Assembly (NCBI GenBank): GCA_951406725.2
Contig: OX597816.1
Coordinates: forward strand, 15,314,001-15,378,000
Direction: 5' to 3'
Length of the DNA stretch: 64,000 nt
Source: Octopus vulgaris
Lineage: Eukaryota
Part shown: in pieces, positions 49,894-62,930 of the stretch
Layout: every line of letters starts with the position of its first letter
Numbering within the stretch: the stretch's first letter is position 1
Made by a program: the position numbers and the translations under genes
The notes under the pieces: model-generated
The model's input: only the letters and a program-made list of their open reading frames with translations
Told to the model about the DNA's origin: nothing
Databases searched by the model: none

Positions 49894-50190
49894 CCTCAAA
49901 CACGGCTTAGGGACACGTACTACGTTGACATGTTTCTCTATTACCTTTGAGTATATTGAGTCACCATGTTGTTTTCTGTTTGCAGTTTCACTTTCTACTG
50001 TTAGGTCAAGGTAACTGTGTGTATTGCGACGTTTAAATCGCAGTGTAATGAGGGCGTGTTGTACATAAAGACCAATGTATATAAACGCGTGATTTATAAG
50101 ACAACATATGACTCTCCCATATACACTATACGTGTACGTTTGCTTATCTAAACGCGTGGAAAAGACTCTGTACATAAACAAATGTACATA

Positions 50191-50985
50191 TTAGGTTGTT
50201 CGGAAAATACTGTCTGATTTTTCGAATACGTTTTTTCAAATTCGATTTAAGATTTTATTTTCGTAGTATTTTAGACGAAATGTTACTTGCTTAATAACTA
50301 ATGTGTACTCTTTAATAAATGTTTATTGATTTCTTTCGAAATATAATTTTGAAGCGTAGAAATTCTTAATTTCAAATATGAAAAAAAAGAAGAAAAATGT
50401 ATTTATTTATTTATTTTTTTGCATGAATTCAAGCTTGGACATAATGCTTCCCAAACAGCCGCCAATATTAATAGAGCGTGGGTACGAAGGGTCCACTTGT
50501 GATCGGACGGTATGACGGTGGTTTGTGAGATTCCGTAGTGAGGACGAGAGCCTCGAAGATCAAAAAGGTAGCATATGAATACAATATAGCTTTCTGGAAC
50601 CTAACCAGAGCATTACATCGGAAGTTTACCGTAAGCAAATTAAAGAAATACATGTTCACTTGAGCACAATGAAACCTGCACTTGTTAATCGATGTGGTCC
50701 AATCCTGCTCCACGACAACGCTCAACTGTACGTTTCCAGGATGACACTGCAAAAGCTCACAGACTTGGGATACGAGACTTTACCACATTTTCCATATTCT
50801 CCCGATCCTTCATCTACCGACTACCACTTTTTCAAGCATCAAGAGGTCGAAACTGAATTCAAGGATTTCTTGGAAACAAAACCTTTGGATTTTTATCTAA
50901 GAGGCATAAAAGACTTTGTTAACCGATGGGAGAAATGCATAGTTGTTCAGAGATCATAATTTGAATAATTAAGTCTTTGCATAAG
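50191..50985 (+). mobile_element. Internally deleted mariner, copy 2
   Basis: Duplicate of 47344-48128. Confidence 0.88.
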
Positions 50986-51342
50986 TTCAGTTTTTCAGGA
51001 ATATGGGCTTATTTTAAAAAGTTCCTGGCTTTAAGAATATTGCAAAAGGCTTGCTCGGAGGCCTAACCTTCCGAGTTCTTTTACAGAGTTTAGAAGAACT
51101 GAAGGTTCATTGCAATAAGCGTGTGAATCCTAGAGACGGGTATGTTGAATAAAATCATAATTAACTGATCCTCCTGTATTTTCTTTTACCCAAAGCCAGG
51201 AACTTTTCAACACCTATAGTATTAATTGAAAGTAGAGACATCATATTTCGTTGTGTAACCATAATATACTACCCAGTATATACATACACACACACACACA
51301 TATATATGTATATGTATATGTATACACACACACACACACACA

Positions 51343-51547
51343 TGAGGGAGTGCTGAACAGTTCCTAGGTTTAAGGGCATCGCGAAACAGCTGGCTGGAGG
51401 CCGAACTTTCCGAGTTTTTTTTACAGGGCTTAGAAAAACTGAACCGCTGCATTAAGTGTGTGAACCTGAGATAGGAATTTGCTCCAACTAGCTGATCTTC
51501 CTGTGTTTTCTTTTACCTACAGCCAGGAACTTTTCAACACTCCTTCG
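51343..51547. mobile_element. Mariner-derived MITE (related partial copies near 48565-48778 and 51005-51218)
   Basis: TIRs gagggagtgctgaacagttcct / aggaacttttcaacactccttcg|ta. Confidence 0.75.
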
Positions 51548-52329
51548 TATTTATGGATTAATCCATAATGTACTCCCAAGTATATTAAACGTTTCTAAAT
51601 CAATACTGTGCCCCACCTGTGTGGCATGTTATGGTTGCAAAACGGAATACGGTGTCCATAACAGCAATTAATTACTATCGGATATGTACATATGAATATG
51701 CATACATGCATGCAGGTACCTTCGTTAACCTGTCTTTGTCAGTGATTTGAAATGCAAACGTGAAATATGAATCATGGTAAATGTTATGTATATCAAACAT
51801 ACACAATATACAGGCTGTTACACTGTAGCTAATGTATTGCTGTCACGTTGCAGAGACGAGACAAAAATTTGCGGTCGTGTAGATGTCTAATATGCAAAGC
51901 AATTTGTTCTTGAACGGTGGAAAGATACGCTGAATATTCCTGGAAACATCAATGGTTATTTCAAAGTAGCGATGAATGAGAAAGCAATGTTTTGGAAATA
52001 GCCGACAAACTACATGAAACCATTGAAGTAAAGGCTCGTGTATTCCACATGGGCTCTCTGAAGCTAAAACAGAGAAAGATTTTAATTTAGCAGTATTTAT
52101 AATGGTCAGTGCATCCCACGATGGCTAAGGAATTTTCATACGTCTGCTGAAGCCGACGTAAGAGTTGACATTTTTGTTGATTCAGAACTGAACAAAAATT
52201 AGAACGTTGTTTCCTCAGTATAATTCTTTTCATATCAATACTTGAGTCGCATTGAATATTACTGTTTAGAGAACAAAAATCATTCCAATTGTCATTTAAA
52301 ACAACGTAGGTCATACCTTGCGGTTATTG

Positions 52330-52406
<77 letters not shown>

Positions 52407-52518
52407 TAGTTTTATTTTTATAGCGTGCTTTCACTTCACTACCGAGCACAGTTCTGTGTGCCTTGGGTATGTGCTGTGATTTGTTGCTCTGATGGTTATT
52501 GTATGGAAAGTGTTTTGC

Positions 52519-52576
<58 letters not shown>

Positions 52577-52632
52577 CACACAACAAATTAGACTGCTGGA
52601 AAAGAAAAGTCCTAATATCGGACTACAAGTAA

Positions 52633-52663
<31 letters not shown>

Positions 52664-52760
52664 CTTCTTCTTGTTATTATTATTGTTATTATTATCATTA
52701 TTATTATTATTGTTATTATTATCATTATTATTATTATTATTATTATCTTTATTATTATTG
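52330..52760. repeat. (TTA)n/(TTC)n trinucleotide tracts
   Basis: Directly visible. Confidence 0.95.
52403..52518 (-). mobile_element. Short 3' end of a Dong/R4-like LINE inside (TAA)n
   Basis: Minus strand KTLSIQ* followed by a ~90-nt UTR, with (TAA)n on both sides. Confidence 0.6.
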
Positions 52761-52933
52761 AGTGAGAGAGCAGTGCATGCCATCATAGTGACACTGGGGT
52801 CAAAAATAAGAAGTCCAGTATAGCCATCGTGACTACCCGTCTGATAAAGGTATACCAGGCACACGCATCACAACCATGTGTGCGAGACAGACATGGTGAT
52901 CTCATATCAAGATAAACAGCGCATGACCTTGCA
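52759..52933 (-). mobile_element. (AAT)n-tailed retroelement 3' end, short copy
   Basis: Reverse complement of about 53570-53740. Confidence 0.75.
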
Positions 52934-53029
52934 TGCCTTCGGCGGAACTTGAACTCAGAAGGTAAAAACGGACGAAATGCAGCCGAGCATTTAATTCGGC
53001 GCGCTAACGACTTTGCCAGCTCACTGCCT

Positions 53030-53096
53030 TAATAATGACGACGACAACAACAACAACGACGACGACAACAACAACAGCAACAACAGCAGCAACAAT

Positions 53097-53133
<37 letters not shown>

Positions 53134-53135
53134 GC

Positions 53136-53224
<89 letters not shown>

Positions 53225-53232
53225 TAATAATA
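53030..53232. repeat. (AAC)n-(AAT)n microsatellite
   Basis: Directly visible. Confidence 0.95.
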
Positions 53233-53236
53233 CTGA

Positions 53237-53739
53237 TTGAAAGTGTTATCATGTACATTGTTTTGTGTTGGTATAAAAGATGGGCTACAGCAAATATTCT
53301 GCTCAATACCACAGATTTGCTTGTCAGTTGTTTGACCTTAACCAGTTGAGCATGTCCCTTAGTGGCTGACGATATGTGCATCTCTGATCACGAGCAGAAG
53401 TAGTTGGGGAGCATCATAGCCATGTGTTGAGAGGGATTCTTTGGGGTTTGAATAATTCACCTCTGGAAATATGGGTGGTTTTTTCAACATCCTTAAACAA
53501 CCCTTATTCATGGACCTTTTGAGCGGGATGGGCTACTCAACCTGAAGAAAATTCTAACTGAGCCCCACCTGCAAGGTCATGCGCTGTTTATCTTGATATG
53601 AGATCACCATGTCGCGCACATATGGTTGTGATACATGTGCCTGGTGTACCCTTATCAGGCGGGTAGTCATGATGGGTATATTGGGCTTCGTATATTTTAC
53701 CCCAGTGTCACTTTGATGGCATGAACTGCTCTCTCACTC

Positions 53740-53770
<31 letters not shown>
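53237..53770 (+). mobile_element. (AAT)n-tailed retroelement 3' end, longer copy
   Basis: Ends ctctctcactc(aat)n; embedded between AAT tracts. Confidence 0.7.
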
Positions 53771-53773
<3 letters not shown>

Positions 53774-53959
53774 GACTTCGCTTTTCATCCTTTCGGGGTC
53801 GATAAGAACACTGGGATCAACATAATTGACTAGGCCCACCCCTACCACCAAATTTCAGGTCTTGTGTCTATAATAGAAAGGATTATTGTTGTTGTCGTAT
53901 CGTCGTTGTCGTCGTTGTTGCCGCTGTTGTTTTTGTTGTTGTTGCTGCTGGTGTTGTCC

Positions 53960-54413
53960 TTCTTCTTCCAATCAGGACTCACGCCATTAGCCACAAAGAA
54001 TAATCTCTAATTCGAGCCTACTCTAAGCTACTAAGAACGCGATAGACTGGCAGTTGAACGGGCGCCAAAGCTACGTTGTTATCCTCATTCCGTAAACGGT
54101 GGCTTTTAACGGGTGGAGAGCTGAGCCATCCTGAGGTACAGAGGATTCGCAATCTAGATTAGGGTCTGAAAGTTTACCACACCATAGTGGGTTACACCAT
54201 GGTTCCTCTGCTTTGTGGCAGAAGTAGGAAGAAAGAGTGAGAGAAAGTTGTGGTAAAAGAGTACAGCGGGGTTCACCACTACCTTTCGCCGGAGCCTCGT
54301 GGAGCGTAGGTGTTTTTGCTCAATAAACACTCACAATGCCCGGGCTGGGAATCGAAAACGCGTTCTTACGACCGCGAGTCCGCTGCCCTATCCACTGGCC
54401 CATTGCACCTCCA
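53960..54413 (-). mobile_element. SINE family C head with a fourth tail (T4)
   Basis: Head at 54225-54413 matches family C; the downstream sequence is unrelated to T1-T3 and ends gtcctgattg(gaa)n. Confidence 0.7.
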
Positions 54414-55267
54414 CTTTGCTGTTGTCTACCCTGCAAGTGACTAATGCAATGAAATTTATGTTCTAAAGCAGTGTTAAGTACAATATTGCATTTTCCAGGA
54501 AAGAGGGATGTAAACGACGTAATTTAAACCGAGACCATTAATAATGGGTTTGCGAAAAAAAAAAAAGAACACAAAAAGCTCTAACCTGGTTTATTTGAAT
54601 CATTGAGACGAATATCTAAATGTTTCAAATAGTTAGGTCATACGTACACGCCCGCGCGAACGTGACTTTCCTTCCCCGACACACACCACTACCACTACCA
54701 CCACCACCTACCCACACTTTGTCCCATGTAAACATACTCCACTGCTCCTATGCAAGTTTATTATTAGCTGTTCTACTTGGAGCATTCTAGCTATTGTTGT
54801 TTGCTTTGTAAATCATTAATAAACGTATGTTGGATATTTTCTTTTTTTCTGTATAGAGTACGTGCAGTGTGGGAATCGGCGTGTCAAAGAATAGACCCCC
54901 CAACGTTTCCTACATGTATCGTAAAGGGCGACTAAAAAGGGGTTGTGGCTCTAGCGTGGCTAGAGTGTATGCCGCTCAGAGCAGCCCTTCCGTTTGCCAC
55001 CCTCGGATCCCACAAAAAAAAAAACATATATTGCCTACAGCCACACCCTACAACAGGATGAAAAATGCCGCCCCTTTAAAAGAGCCACCTGGGGAGGACT
55101 GCCTCTACTGCCCACCCCGCTCAGCTATACTAGTGGGTTGCGGTAGGATTTGCTCTCCGCCCTCGTAAAATCCTTCCCAGCAACGACTACCCAGACATAG
55201 CCAAAAGTAGGAAATCACCAACAAAGGGTGAATGCAGCGATGCATTGATACAGCACATTCCCCCATT

Positions 55268-55329
<62 letters not shown>

Positions 55330-55336
55330 ACTACCA

Positions 55337-55389
<53 letters not shown>

Positions 55390-55396
55390 ACTACTG

Positions 55397-55467
<71 letters not shown>

Positions 55468-55468
55468 G
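55268..55468. repeat. (CTA)n/(CTG)n microsatellite
   Basis: Directly visible. Confidence 0.96.
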
Positions 55469-56289
55469 CATAGAGTATTGACTATTCGTGCTGTATATTA
55501 TACACAACCTCGAACAACTAACAAACCTTTTAATTCCTTCTGATGAAGATTTTATTAAATGTTGGTGTGAAACAGCATTATTTTTTCCCGGATACAAATC
55601 GTATTTCAAGACATGTAGACATTTCTTTTCTTGTGTCTACGATATAGCTTTTGAAGTATAAACTTGTGAATGCGATAAAAAACATGAGAAATTTAAAGTA
55701 AAATGTCACAGAGAGTATTATTAAGCAAATTAAGATTTGGTCAAGAAAATATCTTTAGCTTTGGTGGAAAGCGGTTTTGAAGTTGTAACCCTTTGAAAGA
55801 AAATACTTATCTAGCTATCCAAAGATCATAAATTGGGCCTCCTTAGGTTTTATTCAGATTACGCACACATACACACATGCTCATAAACATGAGCATGCAT
55901 ATGTACATACATACATACATACATACATACATACATACATACATACATACATACATACATACATACATACATACATACAGATTTTCACACACACACACCA
56001 CACCACAGATATATTAGAAATGTAAATAAAAAGAATTTGGGAACATTATTGTTCCAAACGAATTAGAAGGGTTCGATACGCAGATGATTAATAAAGATCA
56101 TTGAATTAGAACAGTCGTATTTTACAACTTTCCTGTTAGATACGAGGTTTTTTTTAAAACGTATCATGTCTAAAAGGCAAGCTATTCCTCATATACATAC
56201 ATACATGCGTGCATACGTACATATATACAAACATGCATATATACATGCACATCATCTATCCATCCATCCATCCATCCATATATATATGT

Positions 56290-56518
56290 AGCAAATCCCC
56301 CCCCAAAAAAACATAGAAAAAAAAGAAAAAGCAACAACGCGATGATGTGGTACATGTAAATTATTAGCAGACGCTCAGGGAAGGAAAGAAAGATGGTTTT
56401 ACGTTTCGAGCAAAGTTCTTCTTCAGAAACAGAGGAAAGTCTAATAGGAAAGGAAGACGGAGGAAAAAAAATCGCCAACGATTCACATGTAGTTACATTT
56501 TGAAATGACCGGAAGGGA

Positions 56519-56520
<2 letters not shown>
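56290..56520 (-). mobile_element. Hammerhead-bearing repeat family H1, copy 3
   Basis: Reverse complement resembles 33788-33993; TA tracts on both sides. Confidence 0.75.
56396..56430 (-). ncRNA. Minimal type-I hammerhead motif, intact core
   Basis: GUUU-CUGAAGA-A-GAAC(UUU)GCUC-GAAA-CG-UA^AAAC; one stem-II mismatch. Confidence 0.62.
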
Positions 56521-56582
<62 letters not shown>

Positions 56583-56862
56583 ACGTGTGTGTGTGTGTGT
56601 GTGTTCATATATATTTTATAAAAGCTGTCTACTCATTAGATGAGTAAAGCCATTGCAGGACAGGTAGGTATCAGCTATGTCTATGCAAAGGTTTTAAGTC
56701 TAGTGCAGTTTGTACAACACACAACAACTCTCACTTGCTCTACCAAGAAGCCCAGACACAAGCAAAGTGCAAGATATCTGGCTCAGTAGAGCTGGATATC
56801 TCGGACAAAAACGCGAGTATTTCTACGTCATGTTGCTCATATATATATATATATATATATAT

Positions 56863-57143
56863 GGAGGCGCAATTGCCCAGAGGTTAGGCCAGCGGACTCG
56901 CGGTTTCGAGTCCCAGACCGGGCATTGTGAGTGTTTATTGAGCGAAAACACCTAAAGCTCCACGAGGCTCCGGCAGAGGGTGGTAGCGATCCCTGCTGTA
57001 CTCTTTCAGCACAATTTTCTCTCACTCTTTCTTCTGTTGGCCTGCTCGCTTAACCTGCAGGGTGGCGTCATTTGAAGGCTAAAAACAATGCAAAGTGCAT
57101 TGTGACCAGCGATGTGTAGCAACAAATGATAGCTTGAGTCACG

Positions 57144-57147
<4 letters not shown>
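56863..57147 (+). mobile_element. SINE family C head with tail T3
   Basis: Tail ggcctgctcgctta...ggtggcgtcatttgaaggcta...gtcacggtga(ta)n. The same tail is reversed at 41685-41780. Confidence 0.85.
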
Positions 57148-57193
<46 letters not shown>

Positions 57194-57656
57194 GGCCAAA
57201 ATTGATATCTTTATCTTTGGGGAAAAGCGGTTTGAAAGTTGTAACCCTTTAAAAGAAAATGTTGATCTAGTAATCGAAAGATCATAAATTGGGCCTCCTT
57301 AAGCTTTATTCAGATTACGCACATGCTCATACTCATGAGTATATATATGTACATACATATTTACACACAGACACACACACACAGATACACACATTAGAAA
57401 CGTAAATAATTGCTAATATGCCACCCTTTTATTTTGTTATATATATAATATTAGGGAATATGACTCCAAACTTACAGGGAAAAATTCAATTTAGTAATAC
57501 TAAATCAAATTTCACAATATATAATACATGTATATAAATTAGAGAAGAACCACCATCAAGCAATTCCACAATGATATACTTATAATATACAAAAAAATTA
57601 ATGATAAGATAAACATTTACCTAAAACTAAATAAAATATTTAATAATAAATAAATA

Positions 57657-57722
<66 letters not shown>

Positions 57723-58512
57723 CCAGAAGTAGTTACAAACACACACACACACGCACAAAAACACATATGTGTCGTGTGTGTGTGGGAATGTATTTAATGA
57801 AGTATGCGGCACGGTTAAGAAATTTACGGTAAAAATTACAGAAAAAAACGTACACAAAATAAACGAGAATAGGCTCTGTCCCTCATCGGCCAAATACCAT
57901 CACAGTTTCGACACATATTAGGGTTAACCCTTTTGCTTTATGACACACGAACTACTTCACCAATACATCAATGACCTAACTACTGACACTTACCTGTAAC
58001 TATTAAAGACAATCTCTGACCAGTTCTTACATGTTTTAGTATGGTTGCTTTGAATTTATCGTCTTCTGTTTCTCTGCATTTTATTACATCTTCCTGACAC
58101 CGTGTTTGTATTTCTTTTTTTTTTCATTTTTATGCTGCTGCTTCTATTGTTTTGTTCTTTCTCTGGTTTCAGTCACTGACTGTGGCCATATTGGAAATAC
58201 GGCTGTTATGAGTTTTATCGATCAAATCAACAATTCTTCTTATTTTTAGTTTGTTAATCATTTTATCTCTTTTCGTTGTCTAGCTAGTTTACGGTGCATA
58301 AAGACATGTCATAAATAAACACCGGCCCTCGTATCTGAGGAAATATAAACACACACAAGTGTGTGTGTGTGTGTGAGTGAGTGTGTGTGTGTGTGTGCGC
58401 GTGTGTGTGTGTGTGCGCACGCATGCGCTATATATATTTTTGTTTCAAATAGATAATAAACATACATATATAGATGCACACATATGTACATACACACGTG
58501 TATACATGTATG

Positions 58513-58581
<69 letters not shown>

Positions 58582-58603
58582 TACATTATATATATATTCT
58601 TTC

Positions 58604-58999
58604 ATTCTTTTGTTTCAATCATTTGACTACGCCCATGCTGGAGCACTGCCTTTAGTCGAACAAATCGATCCCAGGACTTATTCTTTGTAAGCCTAGTACT
58701 TATTCTATCGGCCACTTTTGCCGAACCGCTAAGTTACGGGGACGTAAACACACCAGCATCGGTTGTCAAGCAATGATGGGGGTACAAACACAGAAACACA
58801 AACACACACATACACACACACATACACACACACGCATGCACGCACAGACACATACACACACAAAGTGTGACCGTGCGGAAAGAACCTTGCTTCCCAATCG
58901 CATTGTTCCGAGTTCAGTCCTACAGCGTGGCACCGCGAGCACGTGTCTTCTACAATAGCCTCGGGCCTACAAAACCATTGTCTATGGATTTGATATATA

Positions 59000-59043
<44 letters not shown>

Positions 59044-59210
59044 TGTGTGTGTGTGCATTTGTGTTTGTCCTCCCACCACAGCTTGACAGCTGGTACTGGT
59101 GTTAAAAAAAATGTATGAGCAGTTGTAGATTTATTCGACTAAAAGTCTTCAAGGCAATGCCCCAGCATGGCCGCAGTCTAGTTATTGACTAACAAGTAAA
59201 AGACAAAAGA
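58604..59210. mobile_element. Two SINE A copies in opposite orientation (58604-58860 minus, 58865-59210 plus)
   Basis: Both alignable to family A. Confidence 0.8.
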
Positions 59211-59277
59211 CTGGTACATACACACATTCACATACACACATACATACATACACACACACACACATACACACATACAC

Positions 59278-59313
<36 letters not shown>

Positions 59314-59357
59314 ACACACATACATACATACACACACACACACATACACACATACAC

Positions 59358-59389
<32 letters not shown>

Positions 59390-59402
59390 GCATACATACA
59401 TT

Positions 59403-59775
59403 AGTGGCACTCCGTCGGTTACGACGACGAGGGTTGATCCGATCAACGGAATAGCCTGCTCGCGAAATTAACGTGCAAGTGGCTGAGCACTTCACAGACA
59501 CGTGTACCCTTAACGTAGTTCTCGGGGAGATTCAACGTGACACAGTGTGACAAGGCTGGCCCTTTGAAATACAGGTACAACGGAAACGGGAAGAAAGAGT
59601 GAGAGAATGTTGTGGTGAAAGAACACAGCAGGGTTCGCCACCCACCCCCTGCCGGAGCCTCGTGGAGTTTTAGGTGTTTTCACTCGATAAACACTTACAA
59701 CGCCCAGTTTGGGAATCGAAACCGCGATCCTATAACCGCGAGTCCGCTGCCCTAACCACTGGCCATTGCGCCTCC
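59403..59775 (-). mobile_element. SINE family C (tail T1)
   Basis: Reverse complement of the 8831 and 15361 type. Confidence 0.9.
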
Positions 59776-59905
59776 ACATGCATGCATGCATGCATACATA
59801 CATACATACATACATACATACATACATACATACATACATACATACATACATGTTTATATAGCTAGTGAGAGAGGTAGACAGACAGTCCGACAGACAGCTA
59901 AGTAA

Positions 59906-59954
<49 letters not shown>

Positions 59955-60030
59955 CAGACAGATAAATAAATATAAATGAGGGGGAGAGAGAGAGATCTGT
60001 GTATACTTAAACATAGGCATAAATACATAG

Positions 60031-60061
<31 letters not shown>

Positions 60062-60344
60062 CCACACCCACACCCACACATACCCACACACACATACCCA
60101 CACCCACACATACACATACCCACACACACATACCCACACACACATACCTACACACACATACACAAAAACACGCAACAGATACACACCACACTGATATACG
60201 CATTGTACATTCGAGGAGTGTCACATAAGCAGCCGGTCACAAACAATCGATATGGCTGAAAAATACTTTCATTATTGCATTCTTTCTGTTTCTTTCTGGT
60301 GACTTAACTAAATTTTCGATATATTCTATTTCAGATTTAACTAG

Positions 60345-60530
60345 AAGGCGACGTGCTTAGCAGAATCGATAGCGCACCGTCTAAATACTTAGCGCCATCT
60401 CTTCCGGCTTTACATTCTCTGTTTAAATCCCGCTGATGTCGGCTTTGTAGTACCAGTCGAACATTGGGGTCGATATTATCGACTAAACCTTCTCCTAAAA
60501 TTTCGGGCTTGCGCATGTAGCTGAAAAGAA
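60345..60530 (+). mobile_element. Degenerate SINE B
   Basis: aaggcgacgtgct...gcagaatcg...ggggtcgata...aaaatttcgggc. Confidence 0.65.
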
Positions 60531-60604
60531 AAGGAAATTTAGCTAATCTCAAATACAAACAACGAGACTCTTTCTGGTTTTTCTAATGTGTTGTATGGAG
60601 TCGG

Positions 60605-60930
60605 TGAAGGTAGGTGGCTTTGTGGTTAGGAAATTCGACTCACGATCGTATAATCGTGAGTTCGATTCTCAGTTGCGTCTTGTGTCTTTGTGCAAGACAC
60701 TTTGTTTCATCGTGCTCCAGTCCACTGAGCTGGCAAAAGTGAGTAGAACCTGTATTTCAAAAGACCAGTCTTGTCATATTCTGTGTTATGCTGAATCTCC
60801 TTGAGGATTCCGTTAAAGGCACGCACGTCTCTGGAGTGCTCAACCTCTTGCACGTTAATTTCCTTTGCAGGCTATTGTTCTGTTGGACGGATCAACTGGA
60901 ACCTTCATCATCGTAACCGACGGAGTGCCA
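60605..60930 (+). mobile_element. SINE family D (CORE-like head, tail T1)
   Basis: tgtgtctttgtgcaagacact...ctccagtccactgagctggcaaaagtgagta followed by T1. Confidence 0.78.
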
Positions 60931-61119
60931 GTTGTTGTTGTAAGGAGGCAAGTTTACATAAAAATACCAAGCCAACACCTCAACAGAAACAGATTGAGCA
61001 ATGGACGACAAAAACAGAGCAATTCAAATTATGCGATACAGCACTAAAACATAATTGTGAGCTTCTATTACCAGTGTGATGTCAAGATATTGAATGTCCA
61101 AGGCCATTGCTGCACTGTA

Positions 61120-62680
61120 TGCTTCTTTGTCTCAAACCAACAATACGTGCTTCCTTCTCACAACTTTTTCAGTGTACGCCCCTTTCCAAGGTCCTTTTTT
61201 CTCAACCCTAACAACGTGCTCTTCATTCTCTCACTCCTACAATATGCTCTTTACTGTCTAAGTCCTACATTGTGCATTTCTTTTTCCCACCTCTAAAGTG
61301 TGTTCCCCTTTCACTGAGCCCTTCAATGTGCACCCCTATGTTACAGTTCAACAATGAGCCCTTCCCTCTCTCCTTCCGACGATGTACTCTTCCTTCACTC
61401 ACCCTTGCAAGTGGTATCTCTTCTCGCAGTCCCATGTGTTTTACTATGTTCCAGTCACACAAATTGTTTTTCCTTCTCCCAATTCTATAATCTACCCTTC
61501 CTTCTCCCAACCCTGAAATGTGCATCTCTTCTCTCAGTTCTATAATGTCCTCTTCTATCCCCCAATTGATGTCTTTTCCTCGCCCACTCCTGCAATACGC
61601 TTTTCTGTCTCCAATCAGGCAATGTTGTTTTTCTTCTCCCTCTTTCACAAAGTGTTCTTTCTTTCCTCGGTCATACAATGCGATATTCAACCTCGCAGTT
61701 CTAAATGTGTATTCCCTTCTCCCAGTCAAAAAATGTGTGTTCCATCTCTCACTCATACAAATTGCTCTTCACTCTCCCAGTCCAACTCTCTCAGAAGGTG
61801 CTCTTCCACCTCACAGTCCCATAAGGTGCTCTTCAATTTCCTAGTGTCACAATGTTCTCTTCCTTTGCCCCAAAACCTAGTACAACAAATTGATCTTCAC
61901 TCCTCACATTTTACAATGAGCTCTTCAATTTCACAGTCCGACAATATGCTCCTCTTTTTTCTAATCCCATATGTTCCCCCTTTTCCCAAAACTACGATAT
62001 GCCTTTCCTTCATCAACTCCCGCAATGTGCTCTTCTATATTCCAGTCCTGCAATATGCTCTTTCTTCTCTTAGCCCTTTTCCGTGCATCCTTTCCCCTAG
62101 CCCTAGACTCTGTACCCACTTTCCTCCAAGATCTTCAACTTGCGACTCCTTCTCTCAGTCTACAACGTGGTACTTTGTCCCAGTATTACAATATTACACT
62201 CGTCCCAGTATTGCAGAATTACACTGGATTCTCCTAACCCTTAAATGAACATGTCTTTCTCAAATTTCTACAACGTTCACCCCTTCTTGCCGTAGACTCT
62301 GTGCCCATTTCTCTCAGCTCTACATTGCATAACTCCTTTTCCTACCCTTTAAAGTGTTTCTCTCTCTTGTAGTCCTACAATGTGTATTTTTTTCTCTTAG
62401 CCTTGGACTTTGTGCACTTCTCTCAGATCTACGATTTACTCTTCTGCCTTCCAGCCCTCCAATGTACGCAATATCTTCCTAGTCCTTCAGTATGCACCCC
62501 GCATGGTGTGTGCTTCCTCCTTTCAGCCCTTCAAAGTCACCCCCTTTTCCTAGTCAAATAACGCTGGCCCTTTTACCACAATGCTAGAATTTGAGTTTCT
62601 CTTAGCCCTACAATTTGCACTTTTTCTCCCAACCCCCACACCTACGCCTTGTTTTCCTGGCCCAATATCATACGCTCCCA
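61120..62680. repeat. Highly degenerate 28-bp-period pyrimidine-rich minisatellite
   Basis: Motif resembling cagtcctacaatgtgctcttccttctct recurs at 61235, 61263, 61291, 61319, 61347, 61375, 61403 and onward. Confidence 0.8.
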
Positions 62681-62930
62681 GTAATATTTTTTCCATAAAT
62701 TGCTTCGGTCATCCTCGTCTCTGCACCAACTGAAAAATACTGTGGAAAATGTTTTAGTTTAATTGCGCACGAGAAATTTATTTTAAAGGAATTAGAGTAT
62801 TTTTATTAACAAAATATTTTTACAGGAAGAATAAAAAAACTTCAAACGTTTAAAAGATCAAATTACCGAGAAAAAAACCCTATAACTACCTCATCAAGAA
62901 AACAAAGAAAAAGGGGGAATTAAGTAGCTG

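Larger units (their letters stand above)
46040..51285 (+). repeat. Tandem duplication, units about 46040-48840 and 48885-51285
   Basis: Constant offset of 2847 (e.g. 46159/49006, 46623/49470); paired near-identical ORFs in the ORF track. Confidence 0.95.
55739..57409 (+). repeat. Diverged local direct repeat (55739-56029 and 57193-57409)
   Basis: Shared aagttgtaaccc...aaagatcataaattgggcctcctta...ttattcagattacgcaca. Confidence 0.85.

Noticed and set aside
51850-52320. Tc1-like transposase N-terminal trace on the minus strand
   Set aside because: Too degenerate to support by eye.
55538-55580. ctgatgaag...gaaac hammerhead-like motif
   Set aside because: Stem II is poor and there is no NUH triplet or stem I match.
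61520-62248. 242-aa ORF
   Set aside because: Lies in the 28-bp pyrimidine-rich minisatellite; stop-poor composition, a non-triplet period and overlapping ORFs in other frames.
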